A stretch of 64,000 nt of DNA from Eledone cirrhosa (lineage: Eukaryota). Every line of letters begins with the position of its first letter. Within the stretch, counting starts at the first letter, position 1. The position numbers and the translations under genes are program-made. The notes beneath the pieces are model-generated. The model did no database searches, was not told the DNA's origin, and was given only the letters and a program-made list of their open reading frames with translations. The stretch covers positions 121,954,001 to 122,018,000 of the forward strand of contig OZ024744.1 in assembly GCA_964016885.1 (NCBI GenBank), read 5' to 3'. Below, one piece after another: positions 43,821 to 57,800 of this stretch.

Positions 43821-46800
43821 AACACAGGACCCAACCATCTCACACTATCTCTCTTCACAACATCCATCACTACCTCTGTTCCTCTCACCCAGTCACTTTT
43901 ATCCTTCCTCAACACATGACCCAACCATCTCACACTATCTCTCTTTACAACATCCATCACTACCTCTATTCCTCTCACCCAGTCACTTTTATCCTTCCTC
44001 AACACATGATCCAACCATCTCACACTATCTCTCCTCACAACATCCATCACTACCTCTATTCCTCTCACCCAGTCACTTTTATCCTTCCTCAACACATGAC
44101 CCAACCATCTCACACTATCTCGCTTCACAACATCCATCACTACCTCCATTCCTCTCAGCCAGTCACATTCATACTTCCTCAACACATGACACAACCATCT
44201 CACACTATCTCTCTTCACAACATCCATCACTACCTCTATTCCTCTCACACAGTCACTTTCATACTTCCTCAACACATGACCCAACCATCTCACACTATCA
44301 CTCTTCACAACATCCATCACAACCTCTATTCCTCTTACCCAGTCACCTTTATCCTTCCTGAACACATGAACCAACCATCTCACACTATCTCTCTTCACAA
44401 CATCCATTACTACCTGTATTCCTCTCACACAGTCACTTTCATACTTCCTCAACACATGACCCAACCATCTTACACTATCTCACTTCACAACATCCATTAC
44501 TACCTCTATTGCTCTCACCCAGTCACTTTTATCCTTCCTCAACACATGACCCAACCATCTCACACTATCTCTCTTCACAACATCCATTACTACCTCTATT
44601 GCTCTCACCCAGTCAATTTTATCCTTCCTCAACACATGACCCAACCATCTCACACTATCTCTCTTCACAACATCCATCACTACCTCTATTCCTCTCACCC
44701 AGTCACATTCATACTTCCTCAACACATAACCCAACCATCTCACACTATCTCTCTTCACAACATCCATCACTACCTCTATTCCTTTCACCCAGTCACTTTT
44801 ATCCTTCCTCAACACATGACCCAACCATCTCACACGATCACCCTTCACAACATCCATCACTATCTCTATTCCTCTCACCCAGTCACTTTCATACTTCCTC
44901 AACACATGACCCGACCATCTCACACTATCTCTCTTCACAACATCCATCACTACATCTGTTTCTCTCACCCAGTCACATTCATACTTCCTCAACTCATGAC
45001 CCAACCATCTCACACTATCTCTCTTCACAACATCCATCACTACCTTTATTCCTCTCACACAGTCACTTTCATACTTCCTCAACACATGACCCAACCATCT
45101 CACACTATCTCTCTTCACAACATCCATTACTACCTCTATTGCTCTCACCCAGTCACTTTTATCCTTCCTCAACACATGACCCAACCATCTCACACGATCA
45201 CCCTTCACAACATCCATCACTACCTCTATTCCTCTCACCCAGTCAATTTCATACTTCCTCAACACATGACCTAACCATCTCACACTATCTCTCTTCACAA
45301 CATCCATCACTACCTCTATACCTCTCACCCAGTCACTTTCATACTTCCTCAACACATGACCCAACCATCTCACACTATCTCTCTTCACAACATCCATCAC
45401 TACCTCTATTCCTATCACCCAGTCACATTCATACTTCCTCAACACAGGACCCAACCATCTCACACTATCTCTCTTCACAACATCCATCACTACCTCTGTT
45501 CCTCTCACCCAGTCACTTTTATCCTTCCTCAACACATGACCCAACCATCTCACACTATCTCTCTTTACAACATCCATCACTACCTCTATTCCTCTCACCC
45601 AGTCACTTTTATCCTTCCTCAACACATGATCCAACCATCTCACACTATCTCTCCTCACAACATCCATCACTACCTCTATTCCTCTCACCCAGTCACTTTT
45701 ATCCTTCCTCAACACATGACCCAACCATCTCACACTATGTCTCTTCACAACATCCATCACTACCTCCATTCCTCTCAGCCAGTCACATTCATACTTCCTC
45801 AACACATGACACAACCATCTCACACTATCTCTCTTCACAACATCCATCACTACCTCTATTCCTCTCACACAGTCACTTTCATACTTCCTCAACACATGAC
45901 CCAACCATCTCACACTATCACTCTTCACAACATCCATCACAACCTCTATTCCTCTTACCCAGTCACCTTTATCCTTCCTGAACACATGAACCAACCATCT
46001 CACACTATCTCTCTTCACAACATCCATTACTACCTGTATTCCTCTCACACAGTCACTTTCATACTTCCTCAACACATGACCCAACCATCTCACACTATCT
46101 CACTTCACAACATCCATTACTACCTCTATTGCTCTCACCCAGTCACTTTTATCCTTCCTCAACACATGACCCAACCATCTCACACTATCTCTCTTCACAA
46201 CATCCATTACTACCTCTATTGCTCTCACCCAGTCAATTTTATCCTTCCTCAACACATGACCCAACCATCTCACACTATCTCTCTTCACAACATCCATCAC
46301 TACCTCTATTCCTCTCACCCAGTCACATTCATACTTCCTCAACACATGACCCAACCATCTCACACTATCTCTCTTCACAACATCCATCACTACCTCTATT
46401 CCTCTCACCCAGTCATATTCATACTTCCTCAACACATGACCCAACCATCTCACACTGTCTCTCTTCACAACATCCATCACTACCTCTATTCCTCTCACCC
46501 AGTCACTTTTATACTTCCTCAACACATGACCCAACCATCTCACACTATCTCTCTTCACAACATCCATCACTACCTCTATTCCTCTCATCCAGTCACTTTT
46601 ATCCTTCCCAAACACATGACCCAACCATCTCACACTATCTCTCTTCACAACATCCATCACTACCTCTATTCCTTTCACCCAGTCACTTTTATCCTTCCTC
46701 AACACATGACCCAACCATCTCACACGATCACCCTTCACAACATCCATCACTACCTCTATTCCTCTCACCCAGTCACTTTTATCCTTCCTCAACACATGAT

Positions 46801-48960
46801 CCAACCATCTCACACTATCTCTCCTCACAACATCCATCACTACCTCTATTCCTCTCACCCAGTCACTTTTATCCTTCCTCAACACATGACCCAACCATCT
46901 CACACTATCTCTCTTTACAACATCCATCACTACCTCTATTCCTCTCACCCAGTCACTTTTATCCTTCCTCAACACATGATCCAACCATCTCACACTATCT
47001 CTCCTCACAACATCCATCACTACCTCTATTCCTCTCACCCAGTCACTTTTATCCTTCCTCAACACATGACCCAACCATCTCACACTATCTCTCTTCACAA
47101 CATCCATCACTACCTCCATTCCTCTCAGCCAGTCACATTCATACTTCCTCAACACATGACACAACCATCTCACACTATCTCTCTTCACAACATCCATCAC
47201 TACCTCTATTCCTCTCACACAGTCACTTTCATACTTCCTCAACACATGACCCAACCATCTCACACTATCACTCTTCACAACATCCATCACAACCTCTATT
47301 CCTCTTACCCAGTCACCTTTATCCTTCCTGAACACATGAACCAACCATCTCACACTATCTCTCTTCACAACATCCATTACTACCTGTATTCCTCTCACAC
47401 AGTCACTTTCATACTTCCTCAACACATGACCCAACCATCTCACACTATCTCACTTCACAACAACCATTACTACCTCTATTGCTCTCACCCAGTCACTTTT
47501 ATCCTTCCTCAACACATGACCCAACCATCTCACACTATCTCTCTTCACAACATCCATTACTACCTCTATTGCTCTCACCCAGTCAATTTTATCCTTCCTC
47601 AACACATGACCCAACCATCTCACACTATCTCTCTTCTCAACATCCATCACTACCTCTATTCCTCTCACCCAGTCACATTCATACTTCCTCAACACATGAC
47701 CCAACCATCTCACACTATCTCTCTTCACAACATCCATAACTACCTCTATTCCTCTCACCCAGTCACATTCATACTTCCTCAACACATGACCCAACCATCT
47801 CACACTGTCTCTCTTCACAACATCCATCACTACCTCTATTCCTCTCACCCAGTCACTTTTATACTTCCTCAACACATGACCCAACCATCTCACACTATCT
47901 CTCTTCACAACATCCATCACTACCTCTATTCCTCTCATCCAGTCACTTTTATCCTTCCCAAACACATGACCCAACCATCTCACACTATCTCTCTTCACAA
48001 CATCCATCACTACCTCTATTCCTTTCACCCAGTCACTTTTATCCTTCCTCAACACATGACCCAACCATCTCACACGATCACCCTTCACAACATCCATCAC
48101 TACCTCTATTCCTCTCACCCAGTCAATTTCATACTTCCTCAACACATGACCCAACCATCTCACACTATCTCTCTTCACAACATCCATCACTACCTCTGTT
48201 TCTCTCACCCAGTCACATTCATACTTCCTCAACTCATGACCCAACCATCTCACACTATCTCTCTTCACAACATCCATCACTACCTTTATTCCTCTCACAC
48301 AGTCACTTTCATACTTCCTCAACACATGATCCAACCATCTCACACTATCTCTCCTCACAACATCCATTACTACCTGTATTCCTCTCACACAGTCACTTTC
48401 ATACTTCCTCAACACATGACCCAACCATCTCACACTATCTCACTTCACAACATCCATTACTACCTCTATTGCTCTCACCCAGTCACTTTTATCCTTCCTC
48501 AACACATGACCCAACCATCTCACACGATCACCCTTCACAACATCCATCACTACCTCTATTCCTCTCACCCAGTCACTTTCATACTTCCTCAACACATGAC
48601 CCGACCATCTCACACTATCTCTCTTCACAACATCCATCACTACATCTGTTTCTCTCACCCAGTCACATTCATACTTCCTCAACTCATGACCCAACCATCT
48701 CACACTATCTCTCTTCACAACATCCATCACTACCTTTATTCCTCTCACCCAGTCACTTTCATACTTCCTCAACACATGACCCAACCATCTCACACTATCT
48801 CTCTTCACAACATCCATTACTACCTCTATTGCTCTCACCCAGTCACTTTTATCCTGCCTCAACACATGACCCAACCATCTCACACGATCACCCTTCACAA
48901 CATCCATCACTACCTCTATTCCTCTCACCCAGTCAATTTCATACTTCCTCAACACATGAC

Positions 48961-51830
48961 CTAACCATCTCACACTATCTCTCTTCACAACATCCATCAC
49001 TACCTCTATTCCTATCACCCAGTCACATTCATACTTCTTCAACACAGGACCCAACCATCTCACACTATCTCTCTTCACAACATCCATCACTACCTCTGTT
49101 CCTCTCACCCAGTCACTTTTATCCTTCCTCAACACATGACCCAACCATCTCACACTATCTCTCTTTACAACATCCATCACTACCTCTATTCCTCTCACCC
49201 AGTCACTTTTATCCTTCCTCAACACATGATCCAACCATCTCACACTATCTCTCCTCACAACATCCATCACTACCTCTATTCCTCTCACCCAGTCACTTTT
49301 ATCCTTCCTCAACACATGACCCAACCATCTCACACTATCTCTCTTCACAACATCCATCACTACCTCCATTCCTCTCAGCCAGTCACATTCATACTTCCTC
49401 AACACATGACACAACCATCTCACACTATCTCTCTTCACAACATCCATCACTACCTCTATTCCTCTCACACAGTCACTTTCATACTTCCTCAACACATGAC
49501 CCAACCATCTCACACTATCACTCTTCACAACATCCATCACAACCTCTATTCCTCTTACCCAGTCACCTTTATCCTTCCTGAACACATGAACCAACCATCT
49601 CACACTATCTCTCTTCACAACATCCATTACTACCTGTATTCCTCTCACACAGTCACTTTCATACTTCCTCAACACATGACCCAACCATCTCACACTATCT
49701 CACTTCACAACATCCATTACTACCTCTATTGCTCTCACCCAGTCACTTTTATCCTTCCTCAACACATGACCCAACCATCTCACACTATCTCTCTTCACAA
49801 CATCCATTACTACCTCTATTGCTCTCACCCAGTCAATTTTATCCTTCCTCAACACATGACCCAACCATCTCACACTATCTCTCTTCACAACATCCATCAC
49901 TACCTCTATTCCTCTCACCCAGTCACATTCATACTTCCTCAACACATGACCCAACCATCTCACACTATCTCTCTTCACAACATCCATCACTACCTCTATT
50001 CCTCTCACCCAGTCACATTCATACTTCCTCAACACATGACCCAACCATCTCACACTGTCTCTCTTCACAACATCCATCACTACCACTATTCCTCTCACCC
50101 AGTCACTTTTATACTTCCTCAACACATGACCCAACCATCTCACACTATCTCTCTTCACAACATCCATCACTACCTCTATTCCTCTCATCCAGTCACTTTT
50201 ATCCTTCCGAAACACATGACCCAACCATCTCACACTATCTCTCTTCACAACATCCATCACTACCTCTATTCCTTTCACCCAGTCACTTTTATCCTTCCTC
50301 AACACATGACCCAACCATCTCACACGATCACCCTTCACAACATCCATCACTACCTCTATTCCTCTCACCCAGTCAATTTCATACTTCCTCAACACATGAC
50401 CTAACCATCTCACACTATCTCTCTTCACAACATCCATCACTACCTCTATTCCTATCACCCAGTCACATTCATACTTCCTCAACACAGGACCCAACCATCT
50501 CACACTATCTCTCTTCACAACATCCATCACTACCTCTGTTCCTCTCACCCAGTCACTTTTATCCTTCCTCAACACATGACCCAACCATCTCACACTATCT
50601 CTCTTTACAACATCCATCACTACCTCTATTCCTCTCACCCAGTCACTTTTATCCTTCCTCAACACATGATCCAACCATCTCACACTATCTCTCCTCACAA
50701 CATCCATCACTACCTCTATTCCTCTCACCCAGTCACTTTTATCCTTCCTCAACACATGACCCAACCATCTCACACTATCTCTCTTCACAACATCCATCAC
50801 TACCTCCATTCCTCTCAGCCAGTCACATTCATACTTCCTCAACACATGACACAACCATCTCACACTATCTCTCTTCACAACATCCATCACTACCTCTATT
50901 CCTCTCACACAGTCACTTTCATACTTCCTCAACACATGACCCAACCATCTCACACTATTACTCTTCACAACATCCATCACAACCTCTATTCCTCTTACCC
51001 AGTCACCTTTATCCTTCCTGAACACATGAACCAACCATCTCACACTATCTCTCTTCACAACATCCATTACTACCTGTATTCCTCTCACACAGTCACTTTC
51101 ATACTTCCTCAACACATGACCCAACCATCTCACACTATCTCACTTCACAACATCCATTACTACCTCTATTGCTCTCACCCAGTCACTTTTATCCTTCCTC
51201 AACACATGACCCAACCATCTCACACTATCTCTCTTCACAACATCCATTACTACCTCTATTGCTCTCACCCAGTCAATTTTATCCTTCCTCAACACATGAC
51301 CCAACCATCTCACACTATCTCTCTTCACAACATCCATCACTACCTCTATTCCTCTCACCCAGTCACATTCATACTTCCTCAACACATGACCCAACCATCT
51401 CACACTATCTCTCTTCACAACATCCATCACTACCTCTATTCCTCTCACCCAGTCACATTCATACTTCCTCAACACATGACCCAACCATCTCACACTGTCT
51501 CTCTTCACAACATCCATCACTACCACTATTCCTCTCACCCAGTCACTTTTATACTTCCTCAACACATGACCCAACCATCTCACACTATCTCTCTTCACAA
51601 CATCCATCACTACCTCTATTCCTCTCATCCAGTCACTTTTATCCTTCCGAAACACATGACCCAACCATCTCACACTATCTCTCTTCACAACATCCATCAC
51701 TACCTCTATTCCTTTCACCCAGTCACTTTTATCCTTCCTCAACACATGACCCAACCATCTCACACGATCACCCTTCACAACATCCATCACTACCTCTATT
51801 CCTCTCACCCAGTCACTTTTATCCTTCCTC
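48961..51830. repeat. 1440-bp (16-monomer) tandem duplication
   Basis: The variants 'taccactatt' (50081/51521) and 'ccttccgaaac' (about 50203/51643) recur at exactly +1440. Confidence 0.9.
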
Positions 51831-54800
51831 AACACATGATCCAACCATCTCACACTATGTCTCCTCACAACATCCATCACTACCTCTATTCCTCTCACCC
51901 AGTCACTTTTATCCTTCCTCAACACATGACCCAACCATCTCACACTATCTCTCTTCACAACATCCATCACTACCTCCATTCCTCTCAGCCAGTCACATTC
52001 ATACTTCCTCAACACATGACACAACCATCTCACACTATCTCTCTTCACAACATCCATCACTACCTCTATTCCTCTCACACAGTCACTTTCATACTTCCTC
52101 AACACATGACCCAACCATCTCACACTATCACTCTTCACAACATCCATCACAACCTCTATTCCTCTTACCCAGTCACCTTTATCCTTCCTGAACACATGAA
52201 CCAACCATCTCACACTATCTCTCTTCACAACATCCATTACTACCTGTATTCCTCTCACACAGTCACTTTCATACTTCCTCAACACATGACCCAACCATCT
52301 CACACTATCTCACTTCACAACATCCATTACTAACTCTATTGCTCTCACCCAGTCACTTTTATCCTTCCTCAACACATGACCCAACCATCTCACACTATCT
52401 CTCTTCACAACATCCATTACTACCTCTATTGCTCTCACCCAGTCAATTTTATCCTTCCTCAACACATGACCCAACCATCTCACACTATCTCTCTTCACAA
52501 CATCCATCACTACCTCTATTCCTCTCACCCAGTCACATTCATACTTCCTCAACACATAACCCAACCATCTCACACTATCTCTCTTCACAACATCCATCAC
52601 TACCTCTATTCCTTTCACCCAGTCACTTTTATCCTTCCTCAACACATGACCCAACCATCTCACACGATCACCCTTCACAACATCCATCACTACCTCTATT
52701 CCTCTCACCCAGTTACTTTCATACTTCCTCAACACATGACCCGACCATCTCACACTATCTCTCTTCACAACATCCATCACTACATCGGTTTCTCTCACCC
52801 AGTCACATTCATACTTCCTCAACTCATGACCCAACCATCTCACACTATCTCTCTTCACAACATCCATCACTACCTTTATTCCTCTCACACAGTCACTTTC
52901 ATACTTCCTCAACACATGACCCAACCATCTCACACTATCTCTCTTCACAACATCCATTACTACCTCTATTGCTCTCACCCAGTCACTTTTATCCTTCCTC
53001 AACACATGACCCAACCATCTCACACGATCACCCTTCACAACATCCATCACTACCTCTATTCCTCTCACCCAGTCAATTTCATACTTCCTCAACACATGAC
53101 CTAACCATCTCACACTATCTCTCTTCACAACATCCATCACTACCTCTATACCTCTCACCCAGTCACTTTCATACTTCCTCAACACATGACCCAACCATCT
53201 CACACTATCTCTCTTCACAACATCCATCACTACCTCTATTCCTATCACCCAGTCACATTCATACTTCCTCAACACAGGACCCAACCATCTCACACTATCT
53301 CTCTTCACAACATCCATCACTACCTCTGTTCCTCTCACCCAGTCACTTTTATCCTTCCTCAACACATGACCCAACCATCTCACACTATCTCTCTTTACAA
53401 CATCCATCACTACCTCTATTCCTCTCACCCAGTCACTTTTATCCTTCCTCAACACATGATCCAACCATCTCACACTATCTCTCCTCACAACATCCATCAC
53501 TACCTCTATTCCTCTCACCCAGTCACTTTTATCCTTCCTCAACACATGACCCAACCATCTCACACTATCTCTCTTCACAACATCCATCACTACCTCTATT
53601 CCTCTCACACAGTCACTTTCATACTTCCTCAACACAAGACCCAACCATCTCACACTATCACTCTTCACAACATCCATCACAACCTCTATTCCTCTTACCC
53701 AGTCACCTTTATCCTTCCTGAACACATGAACCAACCATCTCACACTATCTCTCTTCACAACATCCATTACTACCTGTATTCCTCTCACACAGTCACTTTC
53801 ATACTTCCTCAACACATGACCCAACCATCTCACACTATCTCACTTCACAACATCCATTACTACCTCTATTGCTCTCACCCAGTCACTTTTATCCTTCCTC
53901 AACACATGACCCAACCATCTCACACTATCTCTCTTCACAACATCCATTACTACCTCTATTGCTCTCACCCAGTCAATTTTATCCTTCCTCAACACATGAC
54001 CCAACCATCTCACACTATCTCTCTTCACAACATCCATCACTACCTCTATTCCTCTCACCCAGTCACATTCATACTTCCTCAACACATGACCCAACCATCT
54101 CACACTATCTCTCTTCACAACATCCATCACTACCTCTATTCCTCTCACCCAGTCACATTCATACTTCCTCAACACATGACCCAACCATCTCACACTGTCT
54201 CTCTTCACAACATCCATCACTACCTCTATTCCTCTCACCCAGTCACTTTTATACTTCCTCAACACATGACCCAACCATCTCACACTATCTCTCTTCACAA
54301 CATCCATCACTACCTCTATTCCTCTCATCCAGTCACTTTTATCCTTCCCAAACACATGACCCAACCATCTCACACTATCTCTCTTCACAACATCCATCAC
54401 TACCTCTATTCCTTTCACCCAGTCACTTTTATCCTTCCTCAACACATGACCCAACCATCTCACACGATCACCCTTCACAACATCCATCACTACCTCTATT
54501 CCTCTCACCCAGTCACTTTCATACTTCCTCAACACATGACCCGACCATCTCACACTATCTCTCTTCACAACATCCATCACTACCTCTGTTTCTCTCACCC
54601 AGTCACATTCATACTTCCTCAACTCATGACCCAACCATCTCACACTATCTCTCTTCACAAAATCCATCACTACCTTTATTCCTCTCACACAGTCACTTTC
54701 ATACTTCCTCAACACATGACCCAACCATCTCACACTATCTCTCTTCACAACATCCATTACTACCTCTATTGCTCTCACCCAGTCACTTTTATCCTTCCTC

Positions 54801-57800
54801 AACACAGGACCCAACCATCTCACACGATCACCCTTCACAACATCCATCACTACCTCTATTCCTCTCACCCAGTCAATTTCATACTTCCTCAACACATGAC
54901 CTAACCATCTCACACTATCTCTCTTCACAACATCCATCACTACCTCTATACCTCTCACCCAGTCACTTTCATACTTCCTCAACACATGACCCAACCATCT
55001 CACACTATCTCTCTTCACAACATCCATCACTACCTCTATTCCTATCACCCTGTCACATTCATACTTCCTCAACACAGGACCCAACCATCTCACACTATCT
55101 CTCTTCACAACATCCATCACTACCTCTGTTCCTCTCACCCAGTCACTTTTATCCTTCCTCAACACATGACCCAACCATCTCACACTATCTCTCTTTACAA
55201 CATCCATCACTACCTCTATTCCTCTCACCCAGTCACTTTTATCCTTCCTCAACACATGATCCAACCATCTCACACTATCTCTCCTCACAACATCCATCAC
55301 TACCTCTATTCCTCTCACCCAGTCACTTTTATCCTTCCTCAACACATGACCCAACCATCTCACACTATCTCTCTTCACAACATCCATCACTACCTCCATT
55401 CCTCTCAGCCAGTCACATTCATACTTCCTCAACACATGACCCAACCATCTCACACTATCTCTCTTCACAACATCCATCACTACCTCTATTCCTCTCACAC
55501 AGTCACTTTCATACTTCCTCAACACATGACCCAACCATATCACACTATCACTCTTCACAACATCCATCACAACCTCTATTCCTCTTACCCAGTCACCTTT
55601 ATCCTTCCTGAACACATGAACCAACCATCTCACACTATCTCTCTTCACAACATCCATTACTACCTGTATTCCTCTCACACATTCACTTTCATACTTCCTC
55701 AACACATGACCCAACCATCTCACACTATCTCACTTCACAACATCCATTACTACCTCTATTGCTCTCACCCAGTCACTTTTATCCTTCCTCAACACATGAG
55801 CCAACCATCTCACACTATCTCTCTTCACAACATCCATCACTACCTCTATTCCTCTCACCCAGTCACATTCATACTTCCTCAACACATGACCCAACCATCT
55901 CACACTGTCTCTCTTCACAAAATCCATCACTACCTCTATTCCTCTCACCCAGTCACTTTTATACTTCCTCAACACATGACCCAATCGTCTCAGACTATCT
56001 CTCTTCACAACATCCATCACTACCTCTATTCCTCTCACCCAGTCACTTTTTTCCTTCCTCAACACATGACCCAACCATCTCACACTATCTCTCTTCACAA
56101 CATCCATCACTACCTCTATTCCTCTCACCCAGTCACATTCATACTTCCTCAACACATGACCCAACCATCTCACACTATCTCTCTTCACAACATCCATTAC
56201 TACCTGTATTCCTCTCACCCAGTCACTTTCATACTTCCTCAACACATGACCCAACCATCTCACACTATCTCACTTCACAACATCCATTACTACCTCTATT
56301 GCTCTCACCCAGTCAATTTTATCCTTCCTCAACACATGACCCAACCATCTCACACTATCTCTCTTCACAACATCCATCACTACCTCTGTTTCTCTCACCC
56401 AGTCACATTCATACTTCATCAACACATGACCCAACCATCTCACACTATCTCTCTTCACAACATCCATCACTACCTCTCTTCCTCTTACCCAGTCAAGTTT
56501 ATCCTTCCTCAACACATGACCCAACCATCTCACACTATCTCTCTTCACAACATCCATTACTACCTGTATTCCTCTCACCCAGTCACTTTTATCCTTCCTC
56601 AACACATGACCCAACCATCTCACACGATCACCCTTCACAACATCCATCACTACCTCTATTCCTCTCACCCAGTCAATTTCATACTTCCTCAACACATGAC
56701 CCAACCATCTCACACTATCTCTCTTCACAACATCCATCACTACCTCTATACCTCTCACCCAGTCACTTTCATACTTCCTCAACACATGACCCAACCATCT
56801 CAAACTATCTCTCTTCACAACATCCATCACTACCTCTATTCCTCTCACCCAGTCACTTTTATCCTTCCTCAACACATGACCCAACAATCTCACACTATCT
56901 CTCTTCACAACATCCATCACTACCTCTATTCCTCTCACCCAGTCACTTTTATCCTTCCTCAACACATGACGAAACCATCTCACACGATCACTCTTCACAA
57001 CATCCATCACTACCTCTATTCCTCTCACCCAGTCACTTTCATACTTCCTCAACACATGACCCAACCATCTCACACTATCTCTCTTCACGACATTCATCAC
57101 TACATCGATTCCTCTCACCCAGTCACTTTTATCCTTCCTCAACACATGACCCAACCATCTCACACTATCTCTCTTCACAACATCCATCACTACCTCTATT
57201 CCTCTCACCCAGTCTCTTTCATACTTCCTCAACACATGAGCCAACCATCTCACACTATCTCTCTTCACAACATCCAGCACTACCTCTGTTCCTCTCACCC
57301 AGTCTCTTTCAACCTTACTCAACACATGACCTAACCATCTCAAACTATCTCTCTTCACAACATCCATCACTACCTCCATTCCTCTCAGCCAGTCATTTTT
57401 ATCCTTCCTCAACACATGACCCAACCATCTCACACTATCTCTCTTCACAACATCCATCACTACCTCTATTCCTCTCACCCAGTCACTTTCATACTTCCTC
57501 AACACATGAGCCAATCATCTCACACTATCTCCCTTTACAACATCCATCACTACCTCTATTCCTCTCACCCAGTCACATTCATACTTCCTCAATACATGAC
57601 CCAACCATCTCACACTATCTCTCTTCACAACATCCATAACTACCTCTATTCCTCTCACCCAGTCACTTTTATCCTTCCTTAACACATGACCCAACCATCT
57701 CACACTATCTCTCTTCACAACATCCATCACTACCTCTATTCCTCTCATCCAGTCACTTTTATCCTTCCTCAACACATGACCCAACCATCTCACACGATCA

